A stretch of 64,000 nucleotides of DNA from an uncultured delta proteobacterium (GTDB lineage: Bacteria; Desulfobacterota; Binatia; UBA9968), in assembly GCA_963840855.1 (NCBI GenBank), contig CAWJBB010000033.1:1-64000 (forward strand). The letters run 5' to 3'. The notes beneath the pieces were generated by a model. That model searched no databases. It was not told the DNA's origin and saw only the letters and a list, made by a program, of their open reading frames with translations. Shown here one piece after another: positions 1-8,757 of this stretch. The translations under genes were made by a program, and so were the position numbers. Every line of letters begins with the position of its first letter. Position 1 is the first letter of the stretch.

Positions 1-2
1 TC

Positions 3-1478
3 TCTCGTCATGTCGATCAGACATTGCTTAAAGAGATCAGTGCGATGAACCGCCTGCAAAAAATCGATCTCCTCGATGAGCAGGGCCGGCCCTGGAAACT
101 TGCCGCACTGCCGACAGTGATAGCCCGGAAAAAAACCAGAGACGAAACCTTGCAACCGCACCGTCAGACGATAAGCTACGCGTGGGGAAAGCGATGGCGG
201 CTGCCCACGGAAAAAGCTGAGGAAATGTCGGGCGAACCGCCGCCAGCCGTCAAGGATAAAGAATTCTGGAAAGGCAGTGCCTTCGGCGTCGCCGTCGGCG
301 CGCGCAGTTTTCCAGGCATCATCGCGATCCACGCCAACGCCGACTATATTTTCAACTTCGAGAAAGCGATCGGAGTGCAAAGTCAGATCGAGGATCTCGG
401 CCGCCAATCGGACAGTGAGTTCGTCTCTTTTCTCGATAGCGACCTGAATGTCATAGCGCATACCGACCGGCGCCGTATCGGACAGCAGGAAAAAGAGCCC
501 CTGGTTTTGAAAGCGAAAGTCGACCGTCAGCTTTTCAGTCAAATCGTCGAGAGCGGTGGGGGAAAACGATACCTTGAGGTGGTGAAACCTATTGCTCTGG
601 ATGAATCCAATTTGGGTTTCCTCAAGATCGGTCTGTCACTGGGATCGATGGAGGTCGCCTGGCGCAATAGCTTGCGCGCCATCGTCATTTTGAGCATCGC
701 GATTGTAGCCGCGGGTATTCTGGGAATGGCCGCGATTTTCCATAACCAGCACTCACATCTGCAAGAGGTCAAAGCTTTGGAAATCGAAGTGTTACACAGA
801 GAACGCCTTTCAGCACTGGGAAACATGGCTGCGACCGTCGCCCATGAGGTGAGAAACCCGCTCAATGCCATTTCAATGGGACTTCAGCGTCTCAAGGCCG
901 AATTTCAGCCAACCGACGATCGCGACCAATACGCTCGCCTGACAGAACTGATGCTGGAGGAAGTGCACCGCCTCAACTCGATCGTGGAGCAATTCCTTTC
1001 GCTGGCGCGCCCTCTCGAGATTAAGCCGGAAGCATTTTTCGTACAGGATCTCCTTCATGAATTAGCCACATTGGTGGAAGACGAAGCCCAGCAATCGAAG
1101 GTGCAGATCCGAGTCTTTGCTCCGCTGACTCTGCCCGCCCTCAAGGCGGACCGTGAATATCTCAGACAAACGCTCTTGAATCTAATTCTCAATGGACTTC
1201 AAGCGATGCCCGAAGGCGGGACCTTGACGCTGGAGGCGAATACGTCGAAGGACAATTTTTTGATCAGTGTCACGGACACCGGAACCGGGATTGCGCCGGA
1301 AAACCGCTCGCGAATCTTCGAGCCTTACTTCACGACGAAGCCCAAGGGTTTCGGGCTGGGGTTGGCGATCACACGCAGGATTATAGAGACCCACGGTGGA
1401 ACGATCACTGTTTTCAGCGAAGCGGGCCAAGGGTGCCGCTTCCAGATCGTCCTGCCCGTCAACTGTAAGGAGATTTGA
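3..1478 (+). CDS. Membrane sensor histidine kinase (ZraS/AtoS/NtrB-like), 5' end outside window
   Basis: Frame is open to the window edge. It has a TM segment (AIVILSIAIVAAGILGMAAIF), H-box AHEVRNPL, N-box NLILNGLQAM, and G boxes DTGTGI, FEPYFTTK and GFGLGL. It abuts the downstream response regulator. Confidence 0.93.
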   Translation, partial: SRHVDQTLLKEISAMNRLQKIDLLDEQGRPWKLAALPTVIARKKTRDETLQPHRQTISYAWGKRWRLPTEKAEEMSGEPPPAVKDKEFWKGSAFGVAVGARSFPGIIAIHANADYIFNFEKAIGVQSQIEDLGRQSDSEFVSFLDSDLNVIAHTDRRRIGQQEKEPLVLKAKVDRQLFSQIVESGGGKRYLEVVKPIALDESNLGFLKIGLSLGSMEVAWRNSLRAIVILSIAIVAAGILGMAAIFHNQHSHLQEVKALEIEVLHRERLSALGNMAATVAHEVRNPLNAISMGLQRLKAEFQPTDDRDQYARLTELMLEEVHRLNSIVEQFLSLARPLEIKPEAFFVQDLLHELATLVEDEAQQSKVQIRVFAPLTLPALKADREYLRQTLLNLILNGLQAMPEGGTLTLEANTSKDNFLISVTDTGTGIAPENRSRIFEPYFTTKPKGFGLGLAITRRIIETHGGTITVFSEAGQGCRFQIVLPVNCKEI

Positions 1479-2846
1479 GTGCCCGAACTTTTTCATATCC
1501 TCGTAGTCGACGACGAACTGGCCCAGCGCGAGCTGGTCTCGGGTTTTCTCAAAAAGCAAGGCTTTGAAGTGGCCGCGGCCGGAAACGGTGAAAAGGCTTT
1601 GGAGCTTTTTCGTCAAGAGTCCTTCGATCTGGTCCTCACGGACCAAAAGATGCCCAACATGTCGGGTTTGGATCTGCTACAGGGCATCCACGCCATCAAC
1701 CCTGAGACGGCCGTGGTTTTGATGACCGCTTACGGAAGCATCGAAGCAGCTGTTTCCTCCATCAAAGGAGGAGCGATCGACTACCTGACCAAGCCGCTGA
1801 ATTTGGATGAACTACTTTTCCGGATTCGACAGGCCGGCGAGCACCGTCGACTCTTCATCGAGAACCGCGAACTTCGGGAAACGTTACAGGGCCGGCATCG
1901 CATAGAAGGAATTATCGGCGAGAGCGGGCCGATGCTTGACGTCATCTCTCTAGTGCGCCGGGCGGCGCCGAGTGAAGCGACGGTTTTGATCCGCGGCGAG
2001 AGCGGCACGGGAAAAGAACTGATTGCCAAGGCTATCCACTTTGCCAGCCCAAGAGCCTCCGGTCCTCTAGTTAAGGTAAACTGCGCGGCGCTTCCCGAAA
2101 CTCTTCTCGAATCGGAATTGTTCGGCCATGAAAAAGGCGCGTTCACCGGCGCCGTAACTTCGCGCCAGGGGCGTTTCGAGCTGGCCAACGGGGGAACTCT
2201 CTTCCTCGACGAGATCGGCGACCTTCCCTTGCATCTGCAGGCGAAGCTCCTGCGCGTGCTTCAGGAGCGAGAATACGAGAAGGTGGGCTCCAGCCGTCCG
2301 GTCAAGGTCAACGTCAGGATCCTGGCTGCCAGCCACAGACCGCTGGAGGCGCTCATTAAAGCGGGACAGTTGCGGGAGGATCTCTACTACCGGCTTAATG
2401 TAGTCACGATTCTCATTCCACCGCTGCGCGAGAGACGCTCGGATCTTTCACTACTGATCGAACACTTCCTGCGGCGCTTCGCGGAAAAGAACGGCAAGAC
2501 AATCCGCGGTCTTACGCATGAAGCCCGGAATATTCTTTTACGCTACGACTATCCGGGCAACGTGCGGGAGCTGGAAAATCTGATTGAACGGGCCGTGGTT
2601 CTAACCAGAGACGAAGTCATCGGGAGCGGCGATCTATCTTTGACCGTCCAGGACTCCGAGGCAGCGGATGAGCCAGGAACCAACCTTACGGTCACAGTGG
2701 AAGCGCTGGAGCGGCGCATGATCCGGGACGCGCTGGCTCGGTCTCGCGGTGTCCAGACCGAGGCCGCAGAACTGCTCGGAATCAGTGAGCGGGCACTACG
2801 TTACAAATTGATAAAATACGGCTTTCGCGAAGAAGTCTCCGAGTGA
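1479..2846 (+). CDS. Sigma54-dependent NtrC-family response regulator (REC-AAA+-Fis HTH)
   Basis: REC domain (VVDDE, LTD, YLTKP), Walker A GESGTGKE, GAFTGA loop, LFLDEIGD, YPGNVREL and a C-terminal HTH (AAELLGISERALRYKL). Confidence 0.96.
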   Translation: MPELFHILVVDDELAQRELVSGFLKKQGFEVAAAGNGEKALELFRQESFDLVLTDQKMPNMSGLDLLQGIHAINPETAVVLMTAYGSIEAAVSSIKGGAIDYLTKPLNLDELLFRIRQAGEHRRLFIENRELRETLQGRHRIEGIIGESGPMLDVISLVRRAAPSEATVLIRGESGTGKELIAKAIHFASPRASGPLVKVNCAALPETLLESELFGHEKGAFTGAVTSRQGRFELANGGTLFLDEIGDLPLHLQAKLLRVLQEREYEKVGSSRPVKVNVRILAASHRPLEALIKAGQLREDLYYRLNVVTILIPPLRERRSDLSLLIEHFLRRFAEKNGKTIRGLTHEARNILLRYDYPGNVRELENLIERAVVLTRDEVIGSGDLSLTVQDSEAADEPGTNLTVTVEALERRMIRDALARSRGVQTEAAELLGISERALRYKLIKYGFREEVSE

Positions 2847-2905
2847 GCCCAAGAGCGCGAGCTGATTGTCAGGATGTAAGATTTTTTTCAATAAGGGAGA
2901 ATTGT

Positions 2906-3394
2906 ATGGCCTTTAGCGACGACTGGTCGGAATGGTGGCGCCGTTTTCTCGCGTCTTCTCCTGGTGGAGACCAAAAAGCCGTGGATATCTTGCGTCAGCG
3001 ATACGTGGAAAAGATGCAGGCGGCAGGCCGATATAAACAGCATGCTCAAAAGATGCAGTATCCCCAGTTTCGCGAAAAACTTCTCCATATCGCGGCGGAC
3101 AAAAGTAAACATGCTGAGTGGATTGCCGAAAAGATAGCCACACTTGGAGGTAAGCTGCCCGAGGTGCCTGAGCGTCGGTCAATGGATGAAAACAGTTGGC
3201 AATCTTTGCTAACAGATCTAGAAGAAGAAAATCGCTCTGCCGATCATCTACCAGGGCAAATATCGAGTATTGAATCCGACCATCCCGACATTACCGCAGT
3301 TCTCCAACGAATCTACGAAGAGGAAAAGAAATATCGTGGGGAAATCAGGGACATGCTGATGCGGAGCGATTCCTTTGCCCTATCGCTCGCTTAG
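2906..3394 (+). CDS. Ferritin-like four-helix-bundle protein with degenerate metal ligands
   Basis: AGGGAG RBS before the ATG at 2906. Ferritin/rubrerythrin-like pattern (HAEWIAEKIATLGG; EEENRSAD), but the ExxH sites read DKSKH and EEKKY. Confidence 0.7.
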   Translation: MAFSDDWSEWWRRFLASSPGGDQKAVDILRQRYVEKMQAAGRYKQHAQKMQYPQFREKLLHIAADKSKHAEWIAEKIATLGGKLPEVPERRSMDENSWQSLLTDLEEENRSADHLPGQISSIESDHPDITAVLQRIYEEEKKYRGEIRDMLMRSDSFALSLA

Positions 3395-3490
3395 GACGAT
3401 GCTTGACTCGCCCCTTCGTAGTGCAGAATTCGCAGAAGCCATAGTGTATCAGTTATAAATTCAACCGCTCATTTTTCAGTGAGAACCGAG

Positions 3491-3623
3491 TAATCCAATC
3501 CGACCTTTTGGTCGAGAGTCTCGACGCTTTCGACGGACCTTTCTCCTTTTCTCTCTGATAGGCTAAAGAAACTATCGGAACATCCAGCCTTTTCCTCACG
3601 GCAAGGCGTGGCACAAGGCTTGC
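3491..3623 (+). promoter_or_regulatory. Sigma54 promoter with upstream palindromic enhancer (copy A)
   Basis: TGGCAC-AAGGC-TTGC at 3609-3623 is a perfect -24/-12 site. The palindrome CGACC-TTTT-GGTCG lies at 3501-3514 and a second CGACG-N4-CGACG site starts 21 bp later. A paralogous copy is at 7508-7640. Confidence 0.85.
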
Positions 3624-3709
3624 GCATAGTTAACTTCGTCGGCTCACTCAACAATACATAACCGGGAACGGCCCTAAAGGCGCCGGTCTCCGAAACAGGG
3701 AGGTGCTTT

Positions 3710-3928
3710 ATGCCTTTAGTTCAACTCGTAGTGGTCTTGATCGTGGTTGGTGTTCTGCTCGGGCTGGTTAATCGCTACATTCCGATGGCAGGATCTATCA
3801 AGTCGATCTTGAATGGGGTCGTGGTCATCGGCGTAGTTCTGTGGCTTCTGAATGTTTTTGGACTTTTCAGCTCGCTCTCGGCGATCCGTGTGGGGCCGTT
3901 GTCTTGGCTCGGCGCGATCGGTGCATAG
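3710..3928 (+). CDS. Small two-TM membrane protein (Thivi_2564-like family)
   Basis: GGAGG RBS; sequence LVVVLIVVGVLLGLVNRYIPMAGSIKSILNGVVVIGVVLWLL; first gene after the sigma54 promoter. Confidence 0.8.
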   Translation: MPLVQLVVVLIVVGVLLGLVNRYIPMAGSIKSILNGVVVIGVVLWLLNVFGLFSSLSAIRVGPLSWLGAIGA

Positions 3929-4006
3929 TTGCGGGGAGAAGGGTCGTGCTGGGTTTCCAACCTACGTGAAGTGTAACAGATAATCAGAGATCATAGAGTA
4001 CAGGCT

Positions 4007-6427
4007 ATGTTGTATTGGTCGCTGATGTTTCTTTTTGTTGCTCTAAGCGTCGGATTGCTGGTCATTGCTTTCACTGCGGGCGGCGGGCGAAATATTTTGA
4101 CGGGGCCCCTTCCACACACTCGCTGGGACTGGATCACTTATATTCCGCCTTGGGTCAGACGAATGCGAGCGAGAGCTCTGGCGGCGGCTCGGAGAATCCG
4201 TAGTGCCCGCTTCGCGAAACGACCTTGGCAGAGAGTTGTCCTTAACCTTGTAGTTTGCACAACGCCGATTATAGCGGCTCTCGTGTCAATCGGAGGTTAT
4301 CACGTCTATTTTGACCGAAGTGATCTGCCTGACATTGAACCATTCGCCCGCTTTGAGTTTCCTACCATCGGCACCGTTTACGATGCTAACGGCCAGCCGC
4401 TCATTGAACTGGCAAGAGAGTACCGGAAGATCACCAAGTATCAGGACATCCCGCCGATTGTTCGCGATGCCATCATGGCGACTGAAGACAAGCGTTTCTT
4501 CTCACATAGCGGCGTGGACTATGCGGTAATTCCGCGCATGCTGAGCAAAGTCAGGATGCGGGCTCTGGCGGCCCGACTCCTAGGACTCGGACGGCAAGAC
4601 GAAGCGCTGTTCCCGCAAGGCGGATCGACCATCACTCAACAGCTCGTGCGTGGTCATTTTCTCAAAAACCTAACGGCGAAAGAAAGCAGCAACCAGCTCC
4701 AGTATGCCGGAATCTTACCTCGCGCGCTGTCTACCACGATCGGCGCGAGTAGTGTCAACATGCTGGTTCGAAAGCTAGAGGAGATTCGGCTCTCGTTGTG
4801 GATCGAAGAAGAGATGCAGAAGCGTTTCGGTTCGAAACGCAACGCTAAAAAAGAAATTCTTGCCCGCTACGCCAGCTTCATCTACATGGGAAACAGCCAG
4901 TACGGGTTTGCGACGGCGGCGGAATACTATTTTGGCCGGCCGCTCGCCGCATTCAGCGCCGATGACGCCGACAAGGCAGCGCTCCTGGCAGGCATCGCCA
5001 AGTCGCCTCGTTACTACGCGCCCAGCGCGAAGGAAACGGAGAGAGTTCTGCGGCGCAGAAATCAAACGCTGGCGCTTATGGCGGCAAACGGTTTCATTTC
5101 CCGGGACAGTGTGAATTCAGCCGAGCAGCGCCCGATTCAAGTGGTCGAGCGGCGCAACGACAAGATGCTCCAGGCGCCGGCGGTCCTTGGAACTATCCTT
5201 CAGGAGCTCAAAGGCCGGGGCGCGGACCTCACTGTTGAAAATCTGTTTCGGGGGCGTTTCCAGGTTTACGCCACGGTGGATGTCCGGGTGCAGCAAATTG
5301 CCAACCAAGCACTGGAGCGCGGCCTCGAGCTTTATGAGAAGCGACACCCGAGCGCCAAAGGGATAGTCCAAGGTTCTGTCGTCGTGTTGAGGAACCGCGA
5401 TGCGAGCATCCTCGCCGAAACGGGCGGCCGTCAAATTTACCAGAACCGCTCCGCCGCGTACAGCGACTTTAACCGCGTTACGAAGTCCCTGCGGCAACCT
5501 GGGTCAACGATGAAACCCATGGTTTATCTCGCTGCTTTTCGACAGGGAGGCTTTAATCTTGAGACCGTGGTTCCCGACGAACCGATCGGTGTCTTGGATG
5601 GAGAGAAACAGAGTACGAAATGGATCTCAAACTACGATGAACAATTCAGAGGCATGATTCCGGTTCGCGAGGCGCTCGCAGAATCCAGAAACACCGTGGC
5701 GATTTGGCTCACAGGGCAGATTGGGATTGCCCGGGTCTTGGGAACGTCACGGAGTCTAGGAGTCAAGACGCGATTGCAGCCCTATGCCACGACGGCGTTG
5801 GGCGCGTCAGAAGTGAATTTGCTGGAGCTCGCCAATGCGTACCGCGCCATGGCATCCGGTATCCTTGCCCAGCCCTATGTGATCCGCAAGATCGCTCACG
5901 ATTCGGGTGAGGTGGCGACTGATAACGAAGACATGAGATCTCCGATCGCTGTCGACGACTCCGCGCTTGCGCTTATTCAGGAAGGCCTGCGTGGCGTCGT
6001 GCGCATTCCCACCGGAACGGCTCATGCACTTGACCCCAGTGTTTTCCCAATCGCGGTGATGGGCAAGACAGGAACGACAAACGAGTTCAGAGATGCGCTC
6101 TTTGTCGGCTCGACGTACGGCCCCGAAGGAATCACCGTCGCCGTCCGTATAGGCTTCGACGACAACCGTTCCCTCGGACCCAAGGAGACCGGCGGCAGGG
6201 TTGCGCTGCCGGTGTTCAAGGAACTCATGCTCAGCGTGTACCGCGAAAAGTTAGTAGGGCCTGTGCCGGAGTTTCCAGCGCAAATGGAACAGAACATTAA
6301 TGATTATCTGGCCGGCAACTCGATCGCGAAGGGAGAATCCTTAACTGGACTTAACCCTTCAAATCTAGCGTCGCCGCTTTCGGTGCGCTTCGCGGATGGC
6401 GGTGAAGCGTCTCAACGACGGCCATAG
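4007..6427 (+). CDS. Class A penicillin-binding protein (transglycosylase/transpeptidase, PBP1A-like) with DUF1328-like N-terminus
   Basis: Transglycosylase motifs TEDKRFFSHSGVD, QGGSTITQQL and RKLEE; transpeptidase motifs STMK (SxxK), SRN and KTGT. Confidence 0.92.
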   Translation: MLYWSLMFLFVALSVGLLVIAFTAGGGRNILTGPLPHTRWDWITYIPPWVRRMRARALAAARRIRSARFAKRPWQRVVLNLVVCTTPIIAALVSIGGYHVYFDRSDLPDIEPFARFEFPTIGTVYDANGQPLIELAREYRKITKYQDIPPIVRDAIMATEDKRFFSHSGVDYAVIPRMLSKVRMRALAARLLGLGRQDEALFPQGGSTITQQLVRGHFLKNLTAKESSNQLQYAGILPRALSTTIGASSVNMLVRKLEEIRLSLWIEEEMQKRFGSKRNAKKEILARYASFIYMGNSQYGFATAAEYYFGRPLAAFSADDADKAALLAGIAKSPRYYAPSAKETERVLRRRNQTLALMAANGFISRDSVNSAEQRPIQVVERRNDKMLQAPAVLGTILQELKGRGADLTVENLFRGRFQVYATVDVRVQQIANQALERGLELYEKRHPSAKGIVQGSVVVLRNRDASILAETGGRQIYQNRSAAYSDFNRVTKSLRQPGSTMKPMVYLAAFRQGGFNLETVVPDEPIGVLDGEKQSTKWISNYDEQFRGMIPVREALAESRNTVAIWLTGQIGIARVLGTSRSLGVKTRLQPYATTALGASEVNLLELANAYRAMASGILAQPYVIRKIAHDSGEVATDNEDMRSPIAVDDSALALIQEGLRGVVRIPTGTAHALDPSVFPIAVMGKTGTTNEFRDALFVGSTYGPEGITVAVRIGFDDNRSLGPKETGGRVALPVFKELMLSVYREKLVGPVPEFPAQMEQNINDYLAGNSIAKGESLTGLNPSNLASPLSVRFADGGEASQRRP

Positions 6428-6441
6428 ATATATTTCAAGAG

Positions 6442-6462
6442 GTCCAATATTGGACAGCAATT
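6442..6462. promoter_or_regulatory. Palindromic operator candidate GTCCAATATTGGAC(AGCAATT), copy 1
   Basis: Perfect 14-bp palindrome upstream of the CsbD gene. A 20/21 identical copy is at 14037-14057. Confidence 0.55.
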
Positions 6463-6552
6463 TATTTCAACCTGACCGATAAATGATAAGTCATCATGAA
6501 CATGAATAACCCGATCCTTGGGTAAGGATCCGAACTCTGAAAGGAGACAGGT

Positions 6553-6759
6553 ATGTGGAACAAAGATGAGATCAAAGGTAAGGGCAAACAAATTTCTGGC
6601 GCGATCAAGGACAAAGCTGGGGAATTGATCAAGGATCCCAACCTCGAAGCCAAAGGCGAAGCTGAACGCATCGCCGGGAAACTCCAGGAGAAGAGCGGAA
6701 AAGCGCGCCGGAAAACCGGTGAAGCGGTACAAAAGGTCGGCAAGGCGATTGCCGGCTAA
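6553..6759 (+). CDS. CsbD family general stress protein
   Basis: AAGGAG RBS; MWNKDEIKGKGKQISGAIKDKAGELIKDPNLEAKGEAERIAGKLQEKSG matches the CsbD pattern. Confidence 0.92.
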   Translation: MWNKDEIKGKGKQISGAIKDKAGELIKDPNLEAKGEAERIAGKLQEKSGKARRKTGEAVQKVGKAIAG

Positions 6760-6949
6760 CTTTTAGCATTCGATTTTTGTGCCGGCCTTGCCCGGTTTCT
6801 CCGGTGGCATAGAGAAAATATTTTTAGTCGCCGTTCTGCCGCCCGCCGGGGAATTCGTTATCGTTTGTATCGGCCACTTCGGGTTGGCCATCGGCGACAA
6901 AGATTGTGCGAAGTGCGAGTTCTAATCGGACAATGGGAGAAATACTCTA

Positions 6950-7372
6950 ATGGAAAACCAAGACAAAATACTCAAAATGCTTAATGACGCTCTAGCTCAG
7001 GAGCATGCGTGTCAGATTCGTTATCTTACCCATGCAGCGGTCATCTCGGGGCCTTATGCGGAAGCGGTGGCTGCTCGACTCACGGAAATAGCCGAAGACG
7101 AAAAGACTCATGCGGCTCAGCTGCGCGAGCGAATCACGGCTTTAGCTGGAACTCCGACGATGGAGATTGCCACCAAAGATCTCATTCCCGCCACGACCTT
7201 GAAAGATATCTTGCGGGTGAACATCGCCGAGGAGGAAGCAGCTATTAAAATGTACCGGTCGATGCTTGATTCGGTGGGCCATGACGGCAGCACAATTCTT
7301 TATGAGACTATTGAAGATATCCTTAAAGATGAACAGCAACACAAAGAAGAATTACAGCGCTTGCAAGAATAA
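6950..7372 (+). CDS. Ferritin-like/bacterioferritin-like protein with intact diiron ligands
   Basis: Motifs LNDALAQEH..Y, DEKTHA, EEAAIKMY and DEQQH; GGGAG RBS. Confidence 0.88.
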   Translation: MENQDKILKMLNDALAQEHACQIRYLTHAAVISGPYAEAVAARLTEIAEDEKTHAAQLRERITALAGTPTMEIATKDLIPATTLKDILRVNIAEEEAAIKMYRSMLDSVGHDGSTILYETIEDILKDEQQHKEELQRLQE

Positions 7373-7507
7373 ATTCAAAGCAGGGTTGTTGTGTCGTCAC
7401 TTTGACCGTAAGTCGAATAGGCCCGGGTTGCGTCGCGGGGAATTGGATACCGGCACCCCGGAAGTCAGGCCGGATTAGATCACGCCGACTCGTTAACGGC
7501 CGTTCCC

Positions 7508-7640
7508 TAATCAAATTCGACCTTTTGGTCGAACGATTCGACGTATGCGACGGGACTTTCATCCTTGTTTTTCTATAAGCCGAAAGAAGGGTCGGAAACT
7601 ACAGCCTTTTTCGCACCACAAGCTCTGGCACACAACGTGC
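7508..7640 (+). promoter_or_regulatory. Sigma54 promoter with upstream palindromic enhancer (copy B)
   Basis: TGGCAC-ACAAC-GTGC at 7626-7640 (GG-N10-GC) and TCGACC-TTTT-GGTCGA at 7517-7532. The enhancer-to-promoter offset is 108 bp, the same as in copy A. Confidence 0.8.
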
Positions 7641-7683
7641 TCTTACAGAGTTAAGAATAGACAAACCAAATAAAGGAGAGACT

Positions 7684-7764
7684 ATGGAAACTGTATTGAT
7701 CGTTGTTTTAGTGTTGTTTTTGATCGGTGGCGGGGGCTGGGGATATTCTCGTTGGCGCCGATAG
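7684..7764 (+). CDS. 26-aa single-TM small protein METVLIVVLVLFLIGGGGWGYSRWRR (DUF3309-like)
   Basis: AAGGAG RBS and ATG..TAG read directly from the sequence. Hydrophobic helix plus GGGGWGY and basic tail. First ORF after sigma54 promoter B; below the ORF-track cutoff. Confidence 0.8.
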   Translation: METVLIVVLVLFLIGGGGWGYSRWRR

Positions 7765-7802
7765 CGTCCGCGGGCCATTGACCTGCCCGCGAGGTCGTCC
7801 AC

Positions 7803-7833
7803 ATACCCGCCACTGGCGGCGGGATATTTCATT
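7803..7833. repeat. Degenerate copy of the CCCCGCAGCTTGCTGCGGGG-TAGTTCATT hairpin end
   Basis: ATACCCGCCACTGGCGGCGGGATATTTCATT aligns with ATACCCCGCAGCTTGCTGCGGGGTAGTTCATT at 8454-8485. Confidence 0.5.
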
Positions 7834-7926
7834 GCTCCAGCTCTCAGGGGTGGCCAACGCTGTAACGCGACTCGGTTGCGCCCAATTCACGTCGCAACAA
7901 ACCACGATGAAAGATTAGGAGAATTT

Positions 7927-8151
7927 ATGACCAAGCAAATCGAGATCCACGGACGGCGGGTCGAACTCTATAGTCCAGACAAAGGGCGCACATGGTCGAG
8001 CAGTCCGCAATCGATCGTTGCTTATGGACAAAGGAAAAAGATCTTGCGTGTGGAATTACAAAAGAGTTTTGAACGCATAGCTGAAATGCAGGACACTGAT
8101 CCGAATAATATCACTGACCGTGAGATCCCATTGAGCTTCATCGGACGGTAA
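7927..8151 (+). CDS. Hypothetical 74-aa protein
   Basis: AGGAG RBS before the ATG at 7927; co-oriented with neighbours; no family recognised. Confidence 0.6.
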   Translation: MTKQIEIHGRRVELYSPDKGRTWSSSPQSIVAYGQRKKILRVELQKSFERIAEMQDTDPNNITDREIPLSFIGR

Positions 8152-8250
8152 GACAACAAGCGACACCTCTCGCCTGCCTTTCTCTGAGTAATGTTATGGG
8201 CATCTGGCTCAACGGTGAATCCGATCACGCGAAAGAAAGGAGAAACTGAC

Positions 8251-8325
8251 ATGCACAATATTTTCTACATAGTTGGTGTTATCGTGGTAGTGCTTTTCGT
8301 TGCCGGCTATTTCGGACTGAGGTAA
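8251..8325 (+). CDS. 24-aa single-TM small protein MHNIFYIVGVIVVVLFVAGYFGLR
   Basis: AAGGAG RBS and ATG..TAA read directly from the sequence; fully hydrophobic helix; not in the ORF track. Confidence 0.78.
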   Translation: MHNIFYIVGVIVVVLFVAGYFGLR

Positions 8326-8393
8326 CCCCGGAGCCGGCGCGCACGCTCTCTTTTATACCGAAGAAAAAGGCGTTCCCAAGCAGGAAGAAATTT

Positions 8394-8485
8394 TTAATCT
8401 CTATGGGTCTAATTCCCCGCAGCTTGCTGCGACTGGATGATTGATTCGTTCTGATACCCCGCAGCTTGCTGCGGGGTAGTTCATT
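8394..8485. mobile_element. Non-autonomous palindromic element (IS200/IS605-like hairpin ends, MITE/REP-like)
   Basis: Two copies of CCCCGCAGCTTGCTGCG(GGG) about 44 bp apart with no ORF between them. It sits exactly where the following yihY-like gene is cut. Family assignment is from general resemblance only. Confidence 0.6.
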
Positions 8486-8713
8486 GGCTTGTATTTGGGC
8501 CACAGCACGGTCGCATCTATTTATGGTGCGGCCGGTTCACTCGTTACTCTTTTGTTGTGGGTCTACTATTCGTCCCTCATGTTTTTCTTTGGCGCCGAAT
8601 TAACGCAAGTCTACGCCACCCGGTATGGTTCGAAAGTGACCTCCGCAGAAAACGCTCAAAGCCCTAGGCCGGCGAGTGAATCGCAGAAGAGGCCGCAGCT
8701 GCTCAGCGCCTGA
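8486..8713 (+). pseudogene. C-terminal remnant of a YihY/virulence factor BrkB family membrane protein
   Basis: GLYLGHSTVASIYGAAGSLVTLLLWVYYSSLMFFFGAELTQVYA is the YihY C-terminal signature. The upstream majority of the gene and an RBS are absent. Confidence 0.8.
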
Positions 8714-8757
8714 CAGGGGAATAGGTTCCTTAGCTAGTTACGCTGCCAAAACAGCTT

